A stretch of DNA of 64,000 nucleotides from Botryllus schlosseri (taxonomy: Eukaryota), in contig CM119373.1 in NCBI GenBank assembly GCA_051294905.1, positions 2,668,001 through 2,732,000 of the forward strand, read 5' to 3'. Made by a program: the position numbers and the translations under genes. Below are positions 1 to 13,919 of this stretch, in pieces. Under the pieces are notes generated by a model. That model was not told the origin of the DNA, ran no database searches, and was given only the letters and a program-made list of their open reading frames with translations. Every line of letters begins with the position of its first letter. Within the stretch, counting starts at the first letter, position 1.

Positions 1-1823
1 CGGAGTCGCATGTTACATGGCCTAAAACTTTATATGTGTTGGTGCGTCGTGGCGCGGTAATGGTGAACGCCGATATGCTCATTTTTATAAATCTTGCGTA
101 TTTTTTTCTTGGGGAAAAAGTACCCAATAATCAAGATACCTGACAACTTAGAATCGCGCAAAGCGATTGCATAAATTTTCAGAAAATACTCTATAATTTA
201 TGCTAATTCACGAAATAATTTTTGGCCCCTTCGAGCTCGGCCCCGCTCAATTGGGGGTTTGGGGTACGGCAGTTACGGCCCTGGTTGTGCGTTAAGACCA
301 GAAGGCATATATGGGTTCTCTCGCTGCTAATAACATATCACTGAACATCCCTGCTGTAGTATTGCGTAGTACAGATATTGCAGGCTAGCGATTTGTCAGG
401 AATGCGACGCTATCATGCCTAAGCTTATATTCAGTCAGGTAAGGTGCCGTAGCCGATTGCTAAATACATAAGCATACCAGTTACAGACATATTCAATTTA
501 TCTCAGCAGGTGGAATGCGCTCAGTTGCAATTTGGAATTGATTTTCCAATTCTGGCGAAGGGTCCTTTAAATAAATATATTTTGACGACCATACCGACCA
601 TGACTATACCGAACGGTGATTCGCAGCAGCTACACTCAGAATATGCAGGTCTTGCGGAAAAGTTGCGATACATTTCGAAACTGTTTTCGTGGGTACAGAG
701 AGAGTACATAGTGTTACTGCTCATAACTTGGGAGAAACATTTTAAGTTTTCCCCAAATTCCACGACCGATCTGGCAAACTGAAACCCCGTTGATGAAGGT
801 TAATATATATTTGAAAAAAAATCCGCTCGGGCCAGTGGTTTCTAACAGGGCTATATCCCCCCTCCCCAGAGGAAGATTTTGATAAACATGGGGCGATTGA
901 GAGGCGAGAACGTACGGAGGGGGCGATAGGGAACGAAAATGTTCGAATGTTCAGTCATTTAAACTTAACTACCTGCGAACCGGATACCAGTACAATATAC
1001 GTTATAAAGGGGTTATTCTGGTACTGCCGCAAAGGTTACTCGTCACAAACTATCCTCCGATACCGGGATCGCCGCGGAAAGTCGGACTTTTTTTAGTCTA
1101 TTTATCGGCGATCCGAGGTAGCTCTATAAATATCCCGTTTATATGTCGCCTTTCTCGAATCCGAAAATATGGCGGGCCATAAATATTTGCCGAGCTTGAT
1201 AAGGGAGCGATGAGTGAAAAGGATTAAGAACCACTAGTGACTAGTGGTTCCCAACCAGGGGGAATTCCGCCATTAGTGGGAATTTGGCAATTTTAGGGGG
1301 GAATTCTGCTATAGAATTGTATCGGATTTCCCAAATTGTTCATGACCGGACTGTCAAGTAGACAACTAGTTATTTCCGAACGTATTCTCCTTATAGCTGT
1401 TTTTTTTGTTTCTGGAAGTATGTTTAAATGCTGTTTGAAATCTCCTTTTTACATACAAATTCCCACTTGTTTTTTAAACTAGTTCTAATGCGCTGCAGTT
1501 CGCGAGACAATTTTGCAGGCCAGCGACGGCCTCTCAACCAAATATATCCTAAGCGAGCAAATGGCGTGCCGAATTTATGACAAAGCCTCTGATGAAAGAA
1601 TTTATCTTATATTTTCAAGTCAACATTTTCGGATAATGACAAAATATTCCAACGTCATCGATTCAGGTCGAAGACATTGCTAGTTAACTTGCTTTGTTTT
1701 TAATGAGCAGCTATCCGATCGAAAAAGACATGTTAAACTTGGTGCAGTGTTGTCAAAACGGAATGGGTGTCCTAAATTTCAATGAGCTTCAGCAGGAAAT
1801 CTGATCACGTGTATGCTATATAT

Positions 1824-2317
1824 CTGGACTGTAACCAAGTCACGAGGCTCCGAGTCACAAGTCAATCTCACTGTCATAATTTCAACTCGGGTCAAGTCGA
1901 GTCATTTTCAATTCACCACTGAGTCAAGTCTGAGTCCATTTCATCGAGCAAAGTCTCGAGTCCGAGTCATGGTATTATGACTCGAGTACCAGTCCAAGTC
2001 ATTGTGTTGGCTGCTCAGTTTCCGGTTGAAGTCTTGTTAAGCCCACTTTTTATAGCTCTGTTTGGTGATATTGAATGGTTTGGATTTATAATATACTAAT
2101 TTCCCCCACTTTGAGCAGTTTCTGGTTGCATTTCCAAGTACCAGGACCAACAGACGAATTCCAGTAGGGTGGTCACTTTACTGTTCTTCGAAATTACAAT
2201 GAAATGTCGGTGTTGGCCGCCTGAGTATCGCGTCATATGACTTAGTTCGAGTGATGCGTAATGACTCGAGTCAAGTCGAATCATCAGGAAATTGCGACTC
2301 GAGTCATTACAACCCTA
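1824..2317. mobile_element. Non-autonomous hAT-like element (GACTCGAGTC subterminal-repeat family), degenerate
   Basis: Clusters of GAGTC/GACTC motifs at both ends. Right end ...GAGTCATTACAACCCTA. The ends match the element at 58308-60176 in inverted orientation. Confidence 0.7.
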
Positions 2318-3289
2318 AGCAGCATGCAACTAATGGCATGAATAAAATCAATTGGCCCACCCAAAGATGCATCATTATTCATCACTTGCCCTAAATTTTT
2401 GAAAACACTACCCCCATCAACTCTACCGGTGAATCTGATCACATGAGCTGGGAAAGGATAAATATTTGATAGTAATATGTACGTACAATTACTAATTTTC
2501 ATGACGATCCACGCGTTCATGACGAGTACCGGTGAGTATTCGTAAAATGATCCCTCGCGATTTCGGCGCGTATAGTAAGTTTATATGAAAATTAATTTAG
2601 TCCGGAAATGGACATGGACAGTTTTACTGCGGTATTTGGTATACAGTTATGTCATCATGGCTATGCCGTGGAATGCGGCCGTTGGTTAGCAAAAAGGTTG
2701 TCAACCCCTGCTGTACTTGATCACAATCTATTCACTCAAATTAGCAACTGCACTCTAAATTAACAATTGTCAACCAATCGAACGCTTGATGGCCTATATT
2801 TTACGTCTGAGGTGAATGAGTCCAAAAATAATATTTCTGATGCCCCTGTTTCAATGAATAGGATGGTTCCGTGTAACAGTAAACCCTGGCACCTCGCATC
2901 CGACTGTATGGTGTTCAAGTCTTGGAGCCACCGAAATTGTCACATCACTCAATATTTATTCCTTCGAAATGTGGAGTTCGATCTCAGTCGCTTACCGTGA
3001 ACGCAATAGTTACCGGGCGAGGGTACTAATATTTGCAGAAATGCATTGTGACAATTCCCCAGCAACGCAGCAACGCGTAAACGTATATCTCTGTGTAGCA
3101 GTATGCTCGACAAATCAGGTAAAAGTAAACAAAATAAGGCATCTTATGATGCTGAAGCAGGCGCCACAGTAATATCAATTACGATACGCTTACTTTTGAT
3201 TCCTTTGTCCTTTACATCGGAAACTGGGGAAGCGAGTGGCGCAATTGGTTAAACGCTGCAGCACCAATGGGCTGCTAAGTATAATCGGT

Positions 3290-3738
3290 AGCCTAATTGC
3301 TAGATTGCGAAACGGTAGTTTCAAAGGTTATGAGGACCATACTTACCGTGATTAAATATTTGATATAGGCGACAATGCGGTATGAACGTAACCACGCAAC
3401 CCGTGATACTTTCGTTAAAGCATATTTGTCACTCCATATGTACAGTGCGCAAAGCGCAACGACAATTCCGGGTGTTACAGGACTTCTATGAAAATTAAAT
3501 GTTGGTACGACGTGAAAACATCCCCGAAATTCCTTAGGCTATCTTTCTTGTTGGGGGATTAAACTACTTCTACTTGACAAACTGAAAATAGCGAAAAGGA
3601 AGTAAGTAGTTCACAAAATATTACAAAGTAGAAGTAGAACTAGCGAAAATAAGATCTACGTGAGTAATTACCAGAAGTAGAGGAAAACTACTTGAGTACT
3701 TCGAAAAAGTATAAGTACTGCGTTACTGACCACCTCTG
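3290..3738. mobile_element. Partial copy of CAGAGGTGGTCA-TIR hAT-like element
   Basis: Similar to 36480-36933. Ends in TACTGACCACCTCTG with AAGTAG subterminal repeats. Confidence 0.75.
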
Positions 3739-4101
3739 CTGTTGTCAGTCAATCATTTTACAGCTCAAAGAGAAGATAGATGCAAGGAATGACTTACAGA
3801 TAGAAGTAGATAGAATACGTTCAATGCTATAAGGCATGGTAAACAGACTAAACACCACGACTTTTTTGGAAGTTGGCCGATTCTGAACGGCCTAAATGCA
3901 GGCTGGCATGAAGAGGCAACGTGATACATATGGGCCATGAGTCATCATTAGTGGAGATACGGGGTTCACTATTATCGCTGCGTATTGCGGACACGAATAT
4001 GAGATGATATATTTATCTTAGCACTCAGCAGAATGCCGCAAACTGCAAGTTTTACTAGGAGCATTAGGCTACATTGAGTCATATTGACTATATATGTATA
4101 G

Positions 4102-4953
4102 TAGGATTGTTCAGAATTGGTCGACTTTCAGAAATTCCTTGTTTTTCAGTCCGTTTCCCTTGCCCTATGCCTTAAAAATGTGCTCTAGCTACTTTTGTCT
4201 GTAACTCATCCCTTGCATCTGCGCACATGTTGAGCTGGAAGAAAATCGCCTGAAAATGGGGGATTCCCCTAAATTTTGAGTGCCGCCACTTTACGTAGCT
4301 TAAACTAAACTGACATATATGTCAGGGTTTAAGCAGCTGTTGTGGTTTGGGGTGATGCAAAACCTCACTGTATATATTTTTCTGTGTTCAGGACACCATT
4401 TTCATATTTCGAAATATCAACCCATCAATCATATTGGTATTGGATTTTTGTCAAATTAAGCCATTTTTTTGTTATGTTGTTTCGCTTCGTTGTCCATTTC
4501 CCCGTTATGTTATGTTCATTTATTAATAAGATATTTACAACGTCTCTGGCCGATTGCATTGTGCATTTACAGTTGTATTCTTTTGCATGGTGAATTGTGC
4601 AAAATCATGCTCAGTTTTAGGTAAGTTTGAGGATTTCCAAGGCAATGTGCAACCTGAAAATGGTGTCCTGAACTCGGAAAAATATCGAGAGTGAGGTTTT
4701 GCATCACCTCAAACCACAACAGCTGCTTAAAATCTGGCATATATTGCATTTTAGTTGGCTAAGTAGAATCGTGGCCTTCAAATTTTAGGGGAATCCCCCA
4801 TTTTCAGCCGATATTCTTCCAGCTTCACATGCACACAGGTGCACGGGATGGGTTACAGAAAAAGTAGCTAGAATATGTTTTTAAACCATAAGGCATGGGA
4901 AGCGGACTGAAAACCATGACTTTTTGAAAGTCGGTCAATTCTGAACAACCCTA
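4102..4953. mobile_element. Foldback/MITE-like element with ~300-bp terminal inverted repeats
   Basis: 4102-~4404 (TAGGATTGTTCAGAATTGGTCGACTTTC...GGACACCATTTTCA) is the diverged reverse complement of ~4655-4953 (TGAAAATGGTGTCC...GAAAGTCGGTCAATTCTGAACAACCCTA). Confidence 0.8.
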
Positions 4954-4956
4954 TTG

Positions 4957-5230
4957 AATACGTCCTGGGATGCATCAATACGAATCAAGCTCTCCGCACC
5001 TTCCGCAGAGTTCCATTTGCAGCTTTTGACAGTCCATGCGAGCGAATTAAGACTGTTTTCAAGACTACGTACTTACTTGAGTACATTTAAAGTCAGTCAA
5101 TTCTCCTTCTACTTCAAGTAGTTTGAAGTGGCTTATGGTAGAAGTATTTCTACTCGTACTTGGGTAGATTTTTTCGTCGCTACTTCTACTTCTACTTGAG
5201 TAGCTTTCTTGACTACTTTGACCACCTCTG
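4957..5230. mobile_element. Partial copy (other end) of CAGAGGTGGTCA-TIR hAT-like element
   Basis: Reverse complement of 34303-34500 plus 35834-35920. Ends in GACTACTTTGACCACCTCTG. Confidence 0.75.
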
Positions 5231-5664
5231 ATTATTGCGTATTCAATAGCTCAAACAACAAGCACTTGGAATTGTTATGCAAATGAATTTAAAAAGTATA
5301 AAAGTAACTGTTGATACAAGCGGATTGCCTGGGTTTAGCGACAGAAAGGGTCATGCTCTTAGTACACTGTCTTTTGTAAAGTTTTGTGGTTGGAGAGACA
5401 CTTAGCCTGGGAAGTGCCATGCAGAGCAATATTTGTTACGAAACATTGAAGTTGATTGTATGACACAGTAGCACAAACAAATTATTGGAATTGACCGGCT
5501 TAGAAGAAGTAAGATAGCCAGCAAACAATGAAATGAGGACTAAAAATATAACCGATTGGAAGTATCACTGCAATGGATTACTAAAGTTGGATCCAAATAG
5601 AAGAGTACATAAATATATCACTTGGAAAAATATAATCAGCAATGAGAAAATATATACATATTTT

Positions 5665-6680
5665 GTACAGCACATCAAAATATACCTATTTATTTGACTC
5701 AACTATGTCAAAATTGCATACCTGTGTAGGAGTTCATGAAATATAGTGCTGAAGATAGCAAAAATATGTCCTTAGCCTAAAATTAAGAATTGATGCATAT
5801 TCGGTACAGCACATCAAAATATACCTATTTATTTGACTCAACTATATCAAAATTGCATACCTGTGTAGGAGTTCATGAAATATAGTGCTGAAGATAGCAA
5901 AAATATGTCCTTAGCCTAAAATTAAGAATTGATGCATATTCGGTACAGCACATCAAAATATACCTATTTATTTTACTCAACTATATCAATATTGCATACC
6001 TGTGTAGGAGTTCATGAAATATAGTGCTGAAGATAGCAAAAATATGTCCTTAGCCTAAAATTAAGAATTGATGCATATTCGGTACAGCACATCAAAATAT
6101 ACCTATTTATTTTACTCAACTATGTCAAAATTGCATACCTGTGTAGGAGTTCATGAAATATAGTGCTGAAGATAGCAAAAATATGTCATTAGCCTAAAAT
6201 TAAGAATTGATGCATATTCGGTACAGCACATCAAAATATACCTATTTATTTGACTCAACTATATCAAAATTGCATACCTGTGTAGGAGTTCATGAAATAT
6301 AGCGCTGAAGATAGCAAAAATATGTCCTTAGCCTAAAATTAAGAATTGATGCATATTCGGTACAGCACATCAAAATATACCTATTTATTTTACTCAACTA
6401 TGTCAAAATTGCATACCTGTGTAGGAGTTCATGAAATATAGTGCTGAAGATAGCAAAAATATGTCCTTAGCCTAAAATTAGGAATTGATGCATATTCGGT
6501 ACAGCACATCAAAATATACCTATTTATTTGACTCAACTATATCAAAATTGCATACCTGTGTAGGAGTTCATGAAATATAGTGCTGAAGATGGCAAAAATA
6601 TGTCCTTAGCCTAAAATTAAGAATTGATGCATATTCGGTACAGCACATCAAAATATCCCTATTTAATCGATCAAACTATC
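5665..6680. repeat. Tandem array, 139-bp unit, 7 full copies plus a partial copy
   Basis: GTACAGCACATCAAAATA recurs at 5665, 5804, 5943, 6082, 6221, 6360, 6499 and 6638. Units differ by only a few substitutions. Confidence 0.97.
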
Positions 6681-9425
6681 AGCACTATAATTTTAATAAA
6701 TTTTGAAATAAATGAATTCTAACAGCGCAAAAGTATAATTTAATGGATGGTCACCGCATGAATTTAGTGACAAAGTTTCAAGTGTGAGTATACTGCTTAT
6801 TCCACAATTTCTTAGACTGGACAGATACTCAGCCAGCCAGCCTGACAGGCGTCTGGCCCAGCAATATTGGGTATTAGAAGAAAACATTGAGGTGGCTTCT
6901 GTGGCTCCTTTGACGGAGTAACCAAAAATAAATCATTGGAAATGACAGTGTAATAAACCACACAACTCGTGTGACATGAGGGGTCGCTTAGGATTAGGAT
7001 TAGGATTGGAATATACAAAATTTCTAGATTAAGAATTGGATTAGGATTTGAAGCTTCGGATTCGGATTGGATTAGGACATAGAAATTTCAAATCCGCTCA
7101 TCTCTGATACACAGATGTTCTCAAATACTTTGGTCCATGAAACCCAAAATTAATTGCTTTGAGGTCTTGCAATGCAACCCAATAAATTTCTATCATGACA
7201 TACCAAGTTGGCAATAAGAACATTTGAACACGCAAGATTTATAGAAATGGGTACATCGGCGTTATCCATTACGGGGCCATGATGCACCAAGACATATAAA
7301 GTTTTAGGCCATGTAACATGCGACTCCAAGAAGTGTGGCAGAACGATCGACAGCGAGAAAACCTTGGCCGAAAAGGACTGCCCTTATGCTGACCGAAAAC
7401 TTCGTTGTATATACAAAATACATATATAGGTTTAATTAGGCGCCTGAATGACTGGCGTCGAATGTTCCTGTTTTGGCAATCTGAACCTCACAAGACAGGA
7501 AAAATTTATATGCCAGTGAAGAAATACCAATTCGAAATCGTGTGCGTCTTTTAGTTTAGAGCCTACGTTTGGGCGTTTCTATATTCTGATATAGCAGATT
7601 GGAGGTGACGAAATAACATCATGTTACGGAGTCATACCAACGGGCCCTACAGTTTCCATAACACCTCACTCAGCTCTACCTGTAAATCTGATTACGTGAG
7701 CAGAGAGGAGAAGAAATTGATAGCAATATATATACAGGCAATTCTCGATCTTATTGACCGATTTCATCATGAAGTATCGAGAATTTTCAAGCTTCACGCT
7801 GGCTCATGCACTAAACAGTACGACTAAGTACGTGGCAAAAGCGAACAACGTGATTTTGGTAGGTTTATCACCCTATGGAAGCCCAAGACCCAAGTTTTTT
7901 GGGGGGGCGTGACGAAGTGCTGTTTCGTTCCTGCCAACGGGTATACGCCCGAAGATGTTAAATTGTTATTGAAGGGTCCTACCTATTCAAACACACCTCA
8001 CTCAGCTCTACCTGTAAATCTGATAACGTGAGCAGAGAGAAGATAAAAATTGATATCAATATGTATACAATTCCCGATCATATTGACCGAATCAATCATG
8101 AATTATAGAAATTCTTCGCGCCTGACGCGTGCAGCCGAGAAAAGCTAACTCAGCTAACGGTTCCAATGTAGATGATAACTGATAAGTAGCGATAAACAGC
8201 GCATTAGCTGAGGGGGGTCTGGGGGCGAAGCCCCCCATAAGTCCGGTTTATCATCATATGGGGGCTCAAGAGCAACGTTTGGGGGGGGGCTGACGAAGTG
8301 CTGTTACGGCCCTGCATTTTCATATTCTAAGAACAAGTAGTTTCCTCTTGACGATTATATTCTTACAAAAATTATTTCCATTTTTGATAGTATACTGATT
8401 AGATTTTGCTAGAATGTCTGATGCCTGAATGCCTGAACTCAAATTCTACGCCAGACTCTCCCTGAGTTGTCGTCTTGGAATATCCAATTAAATTTTGTCC
8501 CATTAAAGCTGCACTTATGAATGGAAGTGTCTGCACGTCTGGTACAGGACGAATAATTTCTCAGGCTATTCGTCCGGCACTGCCAGATAAATGTTAGTAC
8601 TGTATCCATGAATAAGAATACCATATAGAGCAGGCCTGGGCAAAGTGCGGCCCGCGAAACCATTCTGTGCGTCCCGCGTAAGGTTGCCTGGAATTCATAA
8701 CAGCAAACCTGCTTTTTGAATGTTGAAGAGTAGACTGAAACCATAGACTGTATCAATTAAACAAGAAATTCGTTTTTTCTTAAGCCTGTTCAGTGTTCAT
8801 TAGTATGCCGCTATTACGCTGCCTATACCGCGCATGCGTAATCCAGATTCAAAATAATGGCAATGTGGCAAAGTATGAGTAACATTGAAATTCACTATTT
8901 CGATATAGTTTAGGTCAAACCTTCTTTGCTGACATTGTCCCATTACGCATTATACGATACATGTTTCAAATTGTTACGTGAGGCGTTTCCAAATCACTAA
9001 TTCGAAAATCAAGTCAATCAGTGCTCGCGATTACTATATGACTCATCATATCTATCACCCATAAAAGATGAACAGTGAACAGGCATGTCAAAAAAATAAA
9101 GCCGAAAGCTGAAATTCAAAGAAGGTTTCGGGCACCAAATATTTGTATACTGGTCTTTAGGGGTGAAACGGTCCTTTTAGTTTTTTTCCGAACATGGTGC
9201 CGAGATTAGTTATTATTTTTATTTATTTATTTGTTGGTTATCATTTTTATTTATTTATTTTTTAGGAATTTTAATTATGCCAAAACACGAAACACTCGGT
9301 CAAGGGAGGGTGAATTTCAGAAAATCTGCAAACTTTGCTGAACATCAAGGCTATTTGAGCTACACACTGCTCGGAATGAAGCAACCAAGACAATTGCTTT
9401 GTACTATCCCATATACATTTCCGTG

Positions 9426-9689
9426 CAGTGGTTCTCGAACTGGGGGCGTGAATGCATCTGAAGGGAGGCGCGAAGCTGAAGTTGAATGAAAAATTTTTGC
9501 GTGCTCAGTGCGATTTCTCATAGACAACCATAACCTTCCATGCCATCACACTATCCGTCGGGATTGCTAGCATGCTGGTTGCTCTTCTTAATATGTTTTT
9601 TGATATCATGATAGGGGGGGGGGGGGTTGGACGCGAAATTTTTCAATATCATAACGGGAACGTGTCTAAAAAAGGTTTGAGAACCACTG
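9426..9689. mobile_element. Short CAGTGGTTCTC-TIR (Charlie-like hAT) MITE
   Basis: CAGTGGTTCTCGAAC...GTTTGAGAACCACTG. Related ends occur near 833, 19908, 32845, 44995, 48105 and 52663. Confidence 0.75.
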
Positions 9690-10132
9690 TTTTAGTGTAT
9701 TAATAGAATAACGGGGACAGTTGTTTAAAGAGAATTAAAATGTATCATGTTCAACATTGTTTCGAATCATGACGGCAAATAGATATTTTTTAAAATTTAC
9801 CGCCGCTTTCTCGTTACCTAACATCAACACATTCACTGAGCAGCATTTATTAACAATTAACAGCATTGTTGCGTCCCAATGCCAATCTCCATAACAATGA
9901 AAATTCGAGGCTGATTGTGGGAGTTCCAGGGACACGAGCGGAATAAAATTTATATCTCCGTAATCAGTGCAGAGTTAGCTTTCGATTGATACCCGTTTTA
10001 CCAAATTTATTGCTCGTCAAGCCGGTCAAAAATGACCGTCAAATTGCCTGTAGCCAAATGGAAATTGTGACGTGTTACAATTTCACTGAGGCTAGAGATT
10101 TGGCTGTGTCGACACCATATAGGACACTATGC

Positions 10133-11291
10133 TAAGAGGTCAAGAATCCGGGTGATTTTTTGGCAACCGGATTGGATCCGGATTACAAATTTTACTGTTT
10201 TGCCGGATCCGGATCAGGACAGGATTTCTATTTTGACAAAAACCTGATCAGAATCATGTCCAACATATTTAGATTCAGACAACGTAAAACCCATCTTCTC
10301 GGAGGTAATAAACCATATTTTTTACATGAAAAAGTCGGATAATATGAATTTTTCGCTTAGGAAATTTCAACGGCAGAATCGTCTTGAGTTGCTCATTCGT
10401 CACATCTTGATATCATTTGGGGTTCTTTCCCAATTCATAATGTCAGAGATTTCAGAATTGATTGCTCGAAGTGACGTTGTAAATGCTGATGAAAATACCG
10501 TCACAAAGACGAAAAGTGATGTTTGAAGACAGTTCAGACACTTGGTACACAAGCAAGATGGGAAATATGCTGAGTATGTTATGTGCTGCCAATATCATCT
10601 CAAACTTTATCTGATTTCAAACTTTAACTGATTAGCTCGAGTACTATATTAAGAGTCTTTTGAGTGACTCAGAGTTTGGAGATGGCATCGGCTTACTGAA
10701 GTATTGGACGAATCCCAGTACAATTGGCATGTATACAAATCTCAGTATAGACTTGCTGTTGGGGAAATCAGAATCAGCATTCAATCGGTATCAGTAAGTG
10801 CATCTAGTGAAAGGGTATTCAATTCGTGTGGAATACTATTGACAAAAAACGATCCTTCCTCTCAGCTGGCGGCTTAGATGCTTTATTTGTGTTATAAAGT
10901 GATGGTGAGGATGTTTTCAAGTGAGGTTAGGCTGATTGTGCCATCATTTTTTTTCAGTCTGTATCTTAACGATTACCATGTTGCAGCACTTGAATACAAT
11001 TTAAGTTATAGATTGTCTGTTTGCAGTATGTAAACTACTATTATTTTGTAAGTTCATCCTGCCTTCAGCTTCTGTTGATGTTTTCTTTTTCAGAAATCAC
11101 CACATGGTAATATAATATTTAGCGCTGCTCATAGTAACATGGATCATGAAGCAATTTTTGAAAACAGGATTATTTTTGGACTCGGATAATGAAATATGCG
11201 ATTGCAACAGGATCAGGATTGGATGAGGATTATGATATCATGAAACAGGATTGGATCAGGATCCTAAAAAACCATGATCCGTACATCTCTA
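10133..11291 (+). mobile_element. Decayed hAT element with remnant of the transposase C-terminal dimerisation domain
   Basis: GGATC/GGATT subterminal repeats at both ends. Right end GATCCGTACATCTCTA. Around 10790-10890 the sequence translates to a broken 'SASSERVFNSCGILLTK' hAT motif. Confidence 0.65.
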
Positions 11292-12665
11292 ATCTGAGTA
11301 GGTCGGTGCTGTCGATTTCCGAAAGAATGCGCCTTCTACGACCGCAGTCGATGTGACCACATGTATTCATAAATCTGACGTTTGTGCACAGAGAGAGTTA
11401 ATATATTTGAGATTTGCTCAATCAGTGTCCCATAGTCCATAACGATCATATCTATCCTCACCGCCCCCCGCGATCTCCTAATTAGTAGCTCTTGCCCCCT
11501 TGGCGGGGGCAAACGCACGTAAGGGGCGCTGGCGCCCACTTTGGGAACCATTGCTGTAGTGTGTCGATCACTCTAAAAGTGCGACACTTGAAAATTATTC
11601 CAGTTATATGTCGTATTTCGTGTCGAGTGATGTCACAATGAAAGTAATCTTTAAGTTCTGTACCACAAACCAGATTTTTATGCCAATCCATGCCTGCGCA
11701 CGTGATGTCAATGTACCACAATTTGGTAAAGTAAACGTGGCATAATGCCACTGCTTTGCGGGAGTAGATTCCTTCCAGCGGAAATCGAACACATATGGAG
11801 TCAACGCATGATATGTACTTTACGTACAACTCCGATTTACCTGCTATATTTTCAAAGTATGGGTTGACTTCGCGTGATGTCGTTCTCCTACGCTAAGGTT
11901 GCAGGAAACCATGGCGATTTGTTTTTAAAGTAAACGCATCAGGGACCTGATGATTCTGTAACAGCTGCTATTGCAATCTGCGGTAATGAGCTCTCACTAC
12001 CCCCTTTATCACACAACCAAAAGACATATCTGCGGCTGCATATTCGACGTGACTCGGAAAGGGGGAACGGAACTTACGAAGCTGACACCTGAAGAGCATT
12101 ATAATACGTTTTCTGACTTCATATGGATAAGTGAAAAGGCTTTCACATAATTATGCTCATCTGGAAATTCAATCAGTTCTGGGTTGATTCGCGGTTTAAT
12201 TTTGGGTTAGTTCCGGTTGTCATTTAGTGCTGATCGTTATGTACCGTTCTGAATCTGGTAGCTTGACTTGCATCCAATTCGTCTAACACACCAAACGGCG
12301 TTGTGGTGTAAGTCAGCATGAATTCTTTGATTGGAGGGAATTTTACATCGTCTATATAATGTTGTGTGGAATAAAAAATGAAATTAACGAACGGAACAAA
12401 TAAAAAGACACTTACCACCAATTGCATTATTATATTAAACCCGGATCCGGCAACCCGTGACTGGTCAAATATGACCCGTGAGATGGTTTTGAGTGGTCCA
12501 CGTGGTAAATAATATAAATTATATAAAAATCCCACGTAATTCATTGTGAACTGGCAAGGTCAACCAATAATATGTTTAGCATGACCGCAAATTTGGGATG
12601 TTGATGACTGATCAACAAGTTTCGACGCATTGTCGTAGCCGGGAGAGGCGGAAGGGGCCTGCCAC

Positions 12666-12861
12666 CAATGTTCCCTCTAAGCTGCGCGCGTGCGCGGCCG
12701 CGCACTGCTGACAAAGAACGCCGCGCACAGAAAAATCGGTGACGCGCACAAAAAAGCCAAAGTGACGACATTTTATTCAGTCGTTATGCACTGTTGTCCA
12801 TGGGACCGCGCAGTGAGTTGGTGAGTGCGCGCAGACTCACGAAAAATTATAGGGAACATTG
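12666..12861. mobile_element. ~195-bp hAT-type MITE (CAATGTTCCC TIR)
   Basis: CAATGTTCCCTCTAA...TTATAGGGAACATTG. 8-bp TSD CCTGCCAC/CCTGCCAT. Other copies at 21937 and 63488. Confidence 0.9.
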
Positions 12862-13919
12862 CCTGCCATCCCCCAATTTTTGGTATATCTTTGTAAATTT
12901 TTCAATAAGCATAGTATTTCACGGCAAATTTATTCAAGTTCATATTTTGAAACACACTTCGCGCAATGTATTGCGTTTAGTACACCACCTGGAAGACAAT
13001 ACGAAAAAATACGCCCAATTTATAGAGCCATGTTTGTCGGCTATAAAACCATCACACAAAACGATCGACGCGTATTGGCGGAAACCTATTGATACGTCCA
13101 GCCGCCAAATACGGCTGCCCTTGCAATCTTGGCACCGCGGTACAACTGCGACCGAATTCATTCGTTAACTTTAGAATATTTACGCGCTTCGCGCGGCTAC
13201 AACGTAAATGCTCACTGCTTTTTCATGACGTAGATGTCAGCAATTTTGCTGCGTAGTAAGATCAGTCTTGCGTTCAGCGTTACTTAATCCAACTATAGTA
13301 CATATTGGACTGCTAAAGAAAGATCATTACCAATCAAGGGGCCTGCGCAAGGATCGAAAACCTACATGTGGCACTTTGGCCAAAAACGGTAGCCACCCCT
13401 GTATCAAAGAGTTGTATGGCTTACATCAACATTCTCATTGGCCAACTACAGTTTGTTATCGTAAATGATTTGTCAGAATTTCCCATTTTAAAATGTTTTT
13501 TTTTATCGAGCTGTTATGCGAATACACCAAAACACCCCACCGAAGAAAACATTATTCACCTATATAGTTTCAACTTGCATTGGATTTCAGTGATGTTTCC
13601 TTCTTTCAAGAGTTTTCATTGCAATTCGGACCTGATCCAACAAAATCACAATATGTCCGTGAAATTACTTTTTCGGGGCACTCAACTGACTTCGGCTTGC
13701 TTGCAGTACTTAATCGAGTGGTTGCGTTTTTATACTATTATCAAATATGAGATGACTAAAATGTTTCGGAAGTTCTAGATTCTGTAATATTGCCCGCATG
13801 TTAAATTCGTCGGCGGGTCATTTCCAATCAACACTGCGAGAAAATACTATTACAGAGTATCATGTCGTTCACGAATATCGCTGTTACAAGACATAACTCT
13901 GAATCAAACGTGAGCCTTA

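Noticed and set aside
5665..6680. CRISPR-like array
   Set aside because: Whole units repeat with no unique spacers, there are no cas genes and the context is eukaryotic. The same applies to the 259-bp and 80-bp arrays.
1..7328. Inverted match between 1-37 and 7292-7328 as ends of one 7-kb element
   Set aside because: The left copy is cut by the window edge and no TSD can be tested. More likely two copies of one repeat family.
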